Below are positions 54,406 through 62,902 of a stretch of DNA of 64,000 bases, piece after piece. The position numbers and the translations under genes are program-made. How positions within the stretch are numbered: position 1 is the stretch's first letter; each line of letters opens with the position of its first letter. This DNA is from an uncultured delta proteobacterium (GTDB taxonomy: Bacteria > Desulfobacterota > Desulfobacteria > Desulfobacterales > B30-G6). Location of the stretch: positions 736,001-800,000 of the forward strand of contig CAWGLD010000001.1 of NCBI GenBank assembly GCA_963823335.1, read 5' to 3'. The notes below the pieces were generated by a model that saw nothing but the letters and a program-made list of their open reading frames with translations, searched no databases and had not been told where the DNA came from.

Positions 54406-54855
54406 CTACGCTTTCATTTTAAGGACCATTTCAACCACATGGCCTCTACCTGCGCCCTCTTTGAATTCCACCTGATCTGCCAATTGCTCGATCAAAAATA
54501 AGCCGAAACCGCTCAAAACCTCATCTGCCTCGATTATTTTTTCGATGTCAGGACTCGGTGGTCTTTCCTTGATACCATCTCCTTCATCCGTTACCCACAC
54601 CCGAATGGTGTCGTTTTGGCAGAGCATGGAAACAATGACTTTTGCATCCACGCGCCCCTTGTTCCCGTGCTGCATGGCGTTAATGGATGCTTCCGCCACG
54701 ATGGTCTTTAAATCTTCGATACGGTCTTTGGGAAAGCCGAACATTTCTGCAAAGGATGCAGAGCATGCCATTGCGATGCGTTCATAGCCTATCTGGCTGG
54801 TCAATATGATCTCTACGGTTCTTTCAGCTTGATTTTCCGACATATTTATCGTCAT
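54406..54855 (-). CDS. Anti-sigma factor Ser/Thr kinase (RsbW-like)
   Basis: EASINAMQHGN, VTDEGDG, GFGLFLIEQLADQV. Confidence 0.92.
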   Translation of the reverse strand: MTINMSENQAERTVEIILTSQIGYERIAMACSASFAEMFGFPKDRIEDLKTIVAEASINAMQHGNKGRVDAKVIVSMLCQNDTIRVWVTDEGDGIKERPPSPDIEKIIEADEVLSGFGLFLIEQLADQVEFKEGAGRGHVVEMVLKMKA

Positions 54856-55106
54856 CCGCTAGACTAAGACCTGTACTGAGTGATTTTTATCTCGATCTGC
54901 ACCAATCTCTTCGGGAAAAATCGCTCAGCTTAGCTCAGGTAAGACTTTGATTCATTTTTAGATCCTAACTTTAATAATTCATTTTAAGGAAAGAGAAATC
55001 ACAAGTCAACATAAATAAAACCGTGTGCCGATTTTATGAAACACACCCTTGTCACTCCGCCCACCAAAGGTAAAAACAATGGTTCTAAAGTTAAGAATCG
55101 ATGAGA

Positions 55107-56888
55107 TCAAACCGTTAGGGAAAATATTTCCACGTCTTCGGCCAAATTTTTAAGAGCGAATTTCCCCAGCGATGAGAATTGAAACACGCCTTTGGCCCGC
55201 TGAACCGTTTCTCCGGCCAGCAGAATTTCTCCGCCCTTGGCCTTTCCGCAAAGCCTGGCGGCGACATTGACAATGGTTCCATGGGTCGTGTACGTCCATC
55301 TCGAACCGATGATGCTTTCGAATTTTGCCGCCCCCACAAAGGCTTTTCCCGAAGCCACCCCGACATTCACGAGACACTGCTGAGACGCCATGGTGCAGTC
55401 ATCGTTTATGGAGCAGGCCTTTTCCATAATTGTCTTTGCCGCGCGCACCGCCTGAAGGGCGTTCTCTTTTTCGTCCATTGATATAAAAAGAACCATCAGC
55501 CCATCCCCTGCCGTCTCGACGACATCCCCGTCATTGGCATAAATGGCATCCATGAAAACAGAAAAATATTTTTCAATCAACGTATTCACATTGGTGGCGC
55601 CGATCTTGTCCGTAATTTTCGTGTACCCCTCGATATCGAGAAACAGGACAGATATGTCCTGCTCCTGGGCTTCATGAATTTCTGACGAAGACGCATTTTC
55701 CACCAATCTGGTTACCGCCGTGGGCACAAATTTGCTCAGGTTCGATTTAATGCTCTCCAGAAGCTCTACTTTTCTCAGGGCGGCCTTCAGCTCCTTGAGC
55801 GCTTTTTCGAGCTGGGTATTCTTTTCCAGAAGATCCTGGTTGAGCTGTTTGATGTTTTTGAAAGAGAGGGCATTTTTTAAGGAAACCACCAGGCTGTTGG
55901 CCAGGGTCCCCATGAGCTCTTTATCGTCTTCATTAAAGGGCCCGCCGATAATTTTGGCACCCAGCCCCATGAATCCGCAACAGTCATCCGTCACCTGGAA
56001 TGGCAGGGCACACATATCCAGCGGCTCCAGTTCCTCAGGATTCACCAGCACAGAATGACCGTTTACTTCATGATCGCGTGTGTGGTTTCGAACGAGGCGT
56101 TTTGCGTCACGCTCCAACAGAGCTGATTCTTCTTCATCGTATCCCATGACCTTGAAAAAAGTAACCGCGTCCGTTTCTCTGGACATCAGCATCACAACGC
56201 CCTGCATCACACCGAAATTGCCCATGATCATCAGTAAAAAATGATTGATGATGGTGTCAAATTCCACCGTACTGAAGATGTCCCGGCTGATGTCGTTCAG
56301 TGTTTTTAGATGATATACCCGCCGGTCCAGCTCCTCGAAGGCATTTTCAAGGTCCAGATTTTTTCTTTTCAGATCCTGGTTGAGGTGGTCCATCTGCTGC
56401 AGAAACTTGGCATTTCTCAATGCAACAATGAGATGGTTTGTGAGTGTCAGCAGCAGATCGATGTCTCTTTTTGCAAAATGCCTGGTATTTATCCTTTCTC
56501 CCAGGAGCAGAACACCCTTGGTTTCTTTATCCAGGCCAAAAGGAATCACGGTTTTAATGGTTTCGGGGAACGTGCCTGTGTTTTTTTCAAAAAAAGGGTG
56601 GTGGATGTTCTGGGAACCATTGGTGTTAAAAAATTGGGTGCAGGCCAGAGTCAACACAAGCAGTGCATCTTCGTCAAATCCCCTGTCGATGACAGGTGTG
56701 ATGCGGCCCGAATGGTTATCGTACAAAGCGATGAGCCCCTCAAGAATACCCATGGACCCGATAATGGTGAGCAGAAAATTATGAAGAACCGTTTCCGTGT
56801 CTTTTGCTTCAAACAGTTCCTTGCTGACGTCGTACAGGGTTTTCAGCTGAAACATGTTGTCAGGTGCATCCGCTGTCGATTCGGCCAT
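55107..56888 (-). CDS. Class III adenylate/guanylate cyclase with two GAF-like domains
   Basis: LFLDIEGYT, ETAGDGLM, VNVAARL. Confidence 0.9.
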   Translation of the reverse strand: MAESTADAPDNMFQLKTLYDVSKELFEAKDTETVLHNFLLTIIGSMGILEGLIALYDNHSGRITPVIDRGFDEDALLVLTLACTQFFNTNGSQNIHHPFFEKNTGTFPETIKTVIPFGLDKETKGVLLLGERINTRHFAKRDIDLLLTLTNHLIVALRNAKFLQQMDHLNQDLKRKNLDLENAFEELDRRVYHLKTLNDISRDIFSTVEFDTIINHFLLMIMGNFGVMQGVVMLMSRETDAVTFFKVMGYDEEESALLERDAKRLVRNHTRDHEVNGHSVLVNPEELEPLDMCALPFQVTDDCCGFMGLGAKIIGGPFNEDDKELMGTLANSLVVSLKNALSFKNIKQLNQDLLEKNTQLEKALKELKAALRKVELLESIKSNLSKFVPTAVTRLVENASSSEIHEAQEQDISVLFLDIEGYTKITDKIGATNVNTLIEKYFSVFMDAIYANDGDVVETAGDGLMVLFISMDEKENALQAVRAAKTIMEKACSINDDCTMASQQCLVNVGVASGKAFVGAAKFESIIGSRWTYTTHGTIVNVAARLCGKAKGGEILLAGETVQRAKGVFQFSSLGKFALKNLAEDVEIFSLTV

Positions 56889-56965
56889 AGATGGAGCTTC
56901 CTTTAACAGTGCTGTATTCGGTTCAATGTATCCCGCCCCGCAAGCAGCTAAAAATTAGCAAATTA

Positions 56966-57401
56966 GGATCTTCTCCCAATTAGCTGGGAGAAAGGGTTCA
57001 AGGAGTCCAGGATTCAAGGATTCAAGTGTTTGTTTTCCAGGGATTTGATCACCGCTTTTAGCATTCTCTCTACATCCCCAAGCTCCTCTTTTAATTCCTG
57101 AAGCTTTTCCTTCTTCATATAATCCAAATCACCGGATATCCTCGTTTATCAAAACAAAGTTTATACGCTTTTTTCCAGATCTTTAACTCTTTATAGTTCT
57201 TAAGCATTGAAGAACCTCGCAGCAAGCTACGAGGAATGTTCTGCCGTACGGCAGTGCTTCGCATCGACCGTAAGGAATTCTGTCTAATTTAGATTTGCTC
57301 GCTATTGCGGTTCAACTGGTGCCTCACGTCATCTCACTCGAACCCTAGACCCCTGGAATCCTTGAATCCTTAATTTGGATCAACTCTTTGGGAGATGATC
57401 C
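56966..57401 (-). mobile_element. Second copy of the TIR/four-helix-bundle element with 8-bp target duplication and a nested repeat (57207-57315)
   Basis: TIRs GGATCTTCTCCCAA.../...TTGGGAGATGATCC; GCAAATTA at 56958-56965 and 57402-57409; MLKNYKELKIWK N-terminus plus C-terminal fragment. Confidence 0.85.
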
Positions 57402-57414
57402 GCAAATTATACAT

Positions 57415-58704
57415 CTAGGTCAACTGAAATATCTCTATTTCCCTGGAGATATTTTTCAGCTCGAACATCCCCAAACTGTTCGTGTGACAACGGCCTGCCA
57501 GCCGTTCCGATGTCTGTTTCGAAACCAGGATACGGCCGCCGGTTGCCAGTTTGCCGATGCGGGCGGCTAAATTGACAGCGCCACCCCTGGCCGTGTAGGT
57601 CCATCGGGAACCGGTATAGCTGTCGAACTTGGCCGCACCCACCAGGGCCGGCCCCGAGTTGATACCCATGTTTATTTCGAGCGGCTTGTAAAGGCTGCCG
57701 ATGGTGCTGAAAATATGTTTGGTCTCCTTTTGAACCGTCAGGGCCGTCCGGGCGGCATCCAGTGCATTTTTCTTTTGATCCTCATCCAGAAACAGCACCA
57801 TCAACCCGTCACCGGCAGTTTCGTTGACATCACCTCTGTTGGCATGAATGGCGTCCATAAATACAGAGAAATGTTTTTCTATGACGGAATTCACCTCGTC
57901 ACTGCCGAGCTTCTCGCACAACCGCGTATATCCTTCGATATCCAAAAATAGAATCGAAAGATCCTGTTTTTTTTGCTCCAGGTTGTTTCCGGTGGGCGAT
58001 TGTTCTATCATCCGAGAAACCGTAACCGGCACAAATTTACTCAAATTTTCCTTAACGCTCTCAAGAATCTCAACCTTTCTCATGGCGTTTTTCAGCTTAT
58101 CAAGTGTCTTTTCGAGTTCGATGTTTTTGTCACGGAGATCCAGGTTGATCGTCCAGATTTCTTCAAATAACTTTGCATTTTTTAGGGCAACAATCAAATT
58201 GTTGATCAGGGTATCCAGCAGCTCCTGATCGTTTTCATCATACCCGTCTCCCACAAGTTTGTCGCCCAGGCCTAAAAAACCCTGCCATTGCTCCTCGATA
58301 AGGAAAACAGAAAAGTAACTTGCTTTTGGAGGAATGAGACCTTGTTTTCTTAAACGTGATGTATGTTCAATTCCCTGCACTTGTTTTTGTCTTGAAACGA
58401 TCTCTTCGATCGTCTGGGCTACAGCGGTCTTTTCGGCCTGCAAATATCCAAGCGATTCAAACCTGTCTATTTTTTTTGCCTTTTGCAACGAAAGTGCCAC
58501 AAACCCTCGCTTGCTGCCAAACGTTCCCATCGCCATCAGTAGAAAATTTCGGATGATTTTTTCCGATGCGACACAACTATAAATATCACGACTCACATCA
58601 TATAGGGTCTTCAGATGAAACACTTTCCGGTCCAGGTTTGCCTGGACAGCTTCCGACTCTTCTAAGGCGGCTTTAAGCCGCTGGATTTCTTCTCTCAGTT
58701 TCAT
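57415..58704 (-). CDS. Class III adenylate/guanylate cyclase with one GAF-like domain
   Basis: LFLDIEGYT, ETAGDGLM, VNLAARI. Confidence 0.9.
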   Translation of the reverse strand: MKLREEIQRLKAALEESEAVQANLDRKVFHLKTLYDVSRDIYSCVASEKIIRNFLLMAMGTFGSKRGFVALSLQKAKKIDRFESLGYLQAEKTAVAQTIEEIVSRQKQVQGIEHTSRLRKQGLIPPKASYFSVFLIEEQWQGFLGLGDKLVGDGYDENDQELLDTLINNLIVALKNAKLFEEIWTINLDLRDKNIELEKTLDKLKNAMRKVEILESVKENLSKFVPVTVSRMIEQSPTGNNLEQKKQDLSILFLDIEGYTRLCEKLGSDEVNSVIEKHFSVFMDAIHANRGDVNETAGDGLMVLFLDEDQKKNALDAARTALTVQKETKHIFSTIGSLYKPLEINMGINSGPALVGAAKFDSYTGSRWTYTARGGAVNLAARIGKLATGGRILVSKQTSERLAGRCHTNSLGMFELKNISREIEIFQLT

Positions 58705-58734
58705 CAGACACCGGTATGGCTTTTCGTGCTCATT

Positions 58735-59199
58735 TTAAAACTGCATCACCTTGAAAAGCGTTTTAAAATGAATTTTGACTTCCTGACGGGTCTCTTTAAG
58801 ACGGTCCAGAAATGTTTTTGCGAGGTTCGACATGATGACAAAGCCCACTTCAGGATCATGTTTTGCCTGCTCCATCAATCGGCTTCGTTTGATGACCATC
58901 AGGATGCTGTCTTCATAGCTTCTGGCGGAAAGGCTGTAGATGTATGGGGGAACCAGAGATGAGGTGCCGAAATGGCTGCCTGCCGATCTCATTATCGTGA
59001 TGGGCAACTCGACATGATCGTCAATCGATGTCAACATCTCTACAGCGCCTTGCTTGATGCAGTAAAGTTGTTCTGCCGCCTGCCCTTCACGAAAAATCTG
59101 TGCGTTTTTTTTAACGCTAATTTCCTCTATCAACGTATTCAGATGCTCAAGCTGAATTTCTGAAAGGCCCTCAAACAGGTGACAAAATGGTCGGTTCAT
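58735..59199 (-). CDS. Stand-alone cyclic nucleotide-binding domain protein with atypical pocket
   Basis: LFEGLS, IFREGQ, IKQGAVE, FGTSSLV. Confidence 0.85.
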   Translation of the reverse strand: MNRPFCHLFEGLSEIQLEHLNTLIEEISVKKNAQIFREGQAAEQLYCIKQGAVEMLTSIDDHVELPITIMRSAGSHFGTSSLVPPYIYSLSARSYEDSILMVIKRSRLMEQAKHDPEVGFVIMSNLAKTFLDRLKETRQEVKIHFKTLFKVMQF

Positions 59200-59350
59200 G
59201 GCAATTCCCCCTCACAAAATCGTTTTTTTTACGAGGACAGGTGCGGGTGCTGTTCTATGCTGTGGAAAAAGCTTCGGATGCGAGAATCAGGCTCAGATAA
59301 ACGGATGTGTCCGTATTAAAACCTTAGGAACGATATACTCTGGGACTATA

Positions 59351-62300
59351 TTATTGTGGAATGTCCGCTGTCAAGGATATAGCATTTCTGGACCGCGCCA
59401 GCATTTGCAGGGCTGTCTCTTTAGACTGATGCTCAAATCCGACAATGCTGAGGACAACCTCCAGGCGGATACCGTCGGTATCCAGATTTTTCTCCAGCAG
59501 CAGGTTGCGCAGCCGATTGCAAACCGGCTCCGCTTTTGAAGCGGACGTTTGCGGCATGAGAAGCGCAAACGTTTCAGCGTCAAGCCGCCCGAGATAATCA
59601 CTTTTACGAATCAGGGTGGAAAGGGTCTGGCCGATCAATCGAAAATTCCTGTCTTTGATTTCAAAGCTCATTCGTTTGTCCGACACCTCGAGATCGATCC
59701 CCATCAGGCACAGGGCAAGGTGCTCCTGATAACGTCTGGATCGATGGATTTCCGTTTCAAGTATGTTGATAAACCCACGCCGGTTGTACCAGCCGGTAAG
59801 GTCATCGACGATACTTTCACACGCAAAGTTGTTGGTTACGGCTTCGATACGGTCACACAGTATCGTCATAAGGTTCATAAAAAACCTGTTTGCCGTCGGT
59901 GGATAAAGCCACTGCAGCCGTTTAATCATTTTCAGGTTGATTTCCAGATAATCACAGGGTTCGGTTGCGATGACCGTTGCAGAACGGGGAACACCTCTCA
60001 AAAGACCCATCTCGCCCAGCACATCGCCCTCTCCGGCCTGGTTTATCTGTTTGTATATCCCGTGTTCCATTATTTTCTCATCATCGTTTTCAGGTTCCAC
60101 CACATCCATGGCCCCGGATATAATGGCGCACATGGAATCGCTCTTTTCCCCTTTGTGAAACAAAACCTTCCCGGCCTCGATTTTCTTCAAGGTCCCGGCC
60201 AGAATAATATAATGAATCTGGGTTCGGGAAAGACCGTTGAACAAGGGGATGCCGAATCCCGGATCTTTCCCCAGCTTCAATCGTATCAGATCCCACAAGG
60301 TCACCAGTTCTACGTGCAACAGCAGAGACGGCAGAAGGATGAGATCCCCCACAAGAGCCGAGAACATGGTAATGGCCATCATGGTTCCAAAAATTGCCGT
60401 GGGCTTGAAACCCGACATGGCCAGAATCGAAAAGCCGATACTGATGGTCAAGGTTGTATATATGATGGGGCGCCCAATATGACGCAGGGTCTCTTTGAGG
60501 GCTCTCTTGTCATTCAGATCCTTTCTGAACTCCCGGTTGTACCGAACCAGATAGTGGATCGTATCGTCTACCGCCAGACCGATGGCGATACTGGCAATCA
60601 GGCTGGTAAACATGGAAAGCTCGACACCGAACCATCCCATGATACCGAAATTGATAACGATGGGAAATATATTGGGAACAATGGCAATCAGTCCGACCTT
60701 GCTCGATAAAAAGAGCAGAAACATGATACCGAAGATAATGACCATGGTAATGGACAGGCTTTTCACCTGCCCGCTGGTAATCTGGTGACTGCTTTCGGAA
60801 ATCACCATCCCGAAGCCGGTGACATTCCAGCGGGCGTCTTTGGAAAACATATTTTCCGCGTGCAGAAGAATCTGTTTCTTGGCCTTGAGAAACATCCGTG
60901 AACTGGAGATATGCGTCAGAAGAAGAATATTGGCTTGTGAAAAATCCGGTGTCATGAACCGATTCAGCATATCTTCGCCCAGCATCATTTTATAACTGTT
61001 GATGAGCATCCTCAGTTCCCAGGTCTCTTCGGGCAAGCGGTAATATTCCGGACTGAACTGGTTGGTGGCATAGTTGACGAGTTTCAGGTAGTCGGCAAAT
61101 GAAATGGTCTTGTCGATACCCGGTAAGGTGTCGATATATTTTTGCATGGTATCTATTTTGACGATATTCTCTACCGTTTGAAAATACTCCTCGGTGTCGC
61201 CCTGCATGGTGACATTGATGGGGAAACTGCCGGAAAGGTGCTGATAGATATCGTGAAAATTGCGGCTCACTTCCGTGTCTTCCTTGAAATACCCCACCGG
61301 ATTGCTCTCTACCGGTATTTTGAAGATGCCCACAATACAGAACAGAACCAGGATACCGATCACAGGAAACGTTATCTTCTGATAGTTTAAATCAATGGTC
61401 ACGATACCGTCTATAATCCGATCCAAGATATTGAAGCCGTGAGAATCCGGGCGGCTTTTCTTTTTTGGCATGGGGAGCAGCGACATGACCGCCGGCATCA
61501 GGGTCAAAAGAATGACCAGAAAACTGATGATACCCAGACAAGCCGATATGGCAAAAGCCTGGATGGCTGTTATGCGGCTGATGAGCAGAGAACCCAGCCC
61601 GACAACCGTGGTCAGTACCGCCAGAATCGTCGGGAATGTAATGGTATCATAGGTGGCAATTGCAGCAGCAGGACTGTTTTCAGCAGTGCGCACCTGGTCG
61701 CGGTACTCCGTGACAATGTGCAGGCAATAGGCCGTTCCCACAGCAAGCAGAAACACGGGTACAATCATGGTCAGGATGGAGAGCGGTATGCCTGCCATGG
61801 ACATGAGTCCAAAGTTCCAGACCAGTGCCAGGGTCACACACAGCAACGGAAGCATGACATAAAAAAACTTGCGGTACAGACATAACAGCACCAAGGCAAC
61901 CAGGATGAACGTGATGGGCGGCAGTCTGATAAAATCTTCTTGAGTCAACTGCGCCAGGGCCTGGGAAACCAGCGGCATCCCTATCTGGTAGAGACTGAGC
62001 GTTTTAGGGGAGGATTCGATCAATTGATTGACCGCGGCGATGACACTTTCCGGATCGGCGTCATTGCCGAGAACGAGGGTTAAAACGGTTGTTTTGCCAT
62101 CGTCTGAGAAAAGGTTTTCTTTGAACAGATCCACATGCTGCATGACATCGGAAAATTTTGTCAGATCCCATTTCCCGCTAAAATCCACCGCTTTTTTGAC
62201 TTCCGGCAGGCTGATCACCCTTCGAACACCTGCAATCTTTGTCGCTTCATCTGACAACGCCGTTATTTTTTTAAAGGTGTTCTCTTCGTATATGCCGTCA

Positions 62301-62545
62301 CTTTTGATGACGACCCGGATAATTTCATCCGACCCAAAAAGGGACTTGAATTCTTCATAGCGTGTTGTGGCCGGGAGATCTTCAATGATCAGATCGTAGA
62401 CGGAGGTTTTGAATGTCAGTGTCGGGATGCGCCAGGCAAACGCGGCGGTTGCGATCAAAATAATCAAAATAGCGATTACTGGATGCTTTATGACCCGTTC
62501 AATAAGCTGCTGCGGTGAGAACCTGCTCAACAGTTGCTTGTGCAT
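59351..62545 (-). CDS. MMPL/RND transporter fused to cNMP-binding and degenerate GGDEF domains
   Basis: Two TM bundles, GLAVDDTIH; GEMGLL...PRSATV; DDLTGWYNRRG...GRLDAETF. Confidence 0.88.
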   Translation of the reverse strand: MHKQLLSRFSPQQLIERVIKHPVIAILIILIATAAFAWRIPTLTFKTSVYDLIIEDLPATTRYEEFKSLFGSDEIIRVVIKSDGIYEENTFKKITALSDEATKIAGVRRVISLPEVKKAVDFSGKWDLTKFSDVMQHVDLFKENLFSDDGKTTVLTLVLGNDADPESVIAAVNQLIESSPKTLSLYQIGMPLVSQALAQLTQEDFIRLPPITFILVALVLLCLYRKFFYVMLPLLCVTLALVWNFGLMSMAGIPLSILTMIVPVFLLAVGTAYCLHIVTEYRDQVRTAENSPAAAIATYDTITFPTILAVLTTVVGLGSLLISRITAIQAFAISACLGIISFLVILLTLMPAVMSLLPMPKKKSRPDSHGFNILDRIIDGIVTIDLNYQKITFPVIGILVLFCIVGIFKIPVESNPVGYFKEDTEVSRNFHDIYQHLSGSFPINVTMQGDTEEYFQTVENIVKIDTMQKYIDTLPGIDKTISFADYLKLVNYATNQFSPEYYRLPEETWELRMLINSYKMMLGEDMLNRFMTPDFSQANILLLTHISSSRMFLKAKKQILLHAENMFSKDARWNVTGFGMVISESSHQITSGQVKSLSITMVIIFGIMFLLFLSSKVGLIAIVPNIFPIVINFGIMGWFGVELSMFTSLIASIAIGLAVDDTIHYLVRYNREFRKDLNDKRALKETLRHIGRPIIYTTLTISIGFSILAMSGFKPTAIFGTMMAITMFSALVGDLILLPSLLLHVELVTLWDLIRLKLGKDPGFGIPLFNGLSRTQIHYIILAGTLKKIEAGKVLFHKGEKSDSMCAIISGAMDVVEPENDDEKIMEHGIYKQINQAGEGDVLGEMGLLRGVPRSATVIATEPCDYLEINLKMIKRLQWLYPPTANRFFMNLMTILCDRIEAVTNNFACESIVDDLTGWYNRRGFINILETEIHRSRRYQEHLALCLMGIDLEVSDKRMSFEIKDRNFRLIGQTLSTLIRKSDYLGRLDAETFALLMPQTSASKAEPVCNRLRNLLLEKNLDTDGIRLEVVLSIVGFEHQSKETALQMLARSRNAISLTADIPQ

Positions 62546-62608
62546 GATCAGAGGTCTTTCATGGATTTTATTTTAATCGGATTAAAGACGTGACTGTCAG
62601 TACCTGAC

Positions 62609-62730
62609 CAATGTCATTGACTTAAGGAGATCCGCAGGTCCATGTAATGTAGCGCAGGTCTTTAGACCTGCAAGAAAGCTATCCGAGCAGAGCTGAAGCT
62701 CTGCGCTACATCATTAAGTCAACGGCATTG
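62609..62730. mobile_element. MITE-like element enclosing a REPIN
   Basis: TIRs CAATGTCATTGACTTAA / TTAAGTCAACGGCATTG; the same end occurs at 46332-46348. Confidence 0.65.
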
Positions 62731-62902
62731 AGTATTTATATGTAACACTGAAAAGGCTGTCAATAGTGCAATGGGCCAAGGTTGAAACCCGTTGGGATTG
62801 CCGATCTTACCGCATCTACGGCGTCAGATGCCATCCCGCGTAGTTCACTATAGCGGAACAGCCTCTTCCTTGTAGCTACGACAACCTCGACAATCGCACA
62901 TC

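Noticed and set aside
55107-58704. Pycsar/CBASS anti-phage system
   Set aside because: The cyclases have sensory GAF-like domains and a Glu specificity residue; no TIR or Pycsar-type membrane effector is adjacent; the context is regulatory
62790-62900. Additional MITE downstream of apbE
   Set aside because: Inverted ends are weak and no second copy is present in the window
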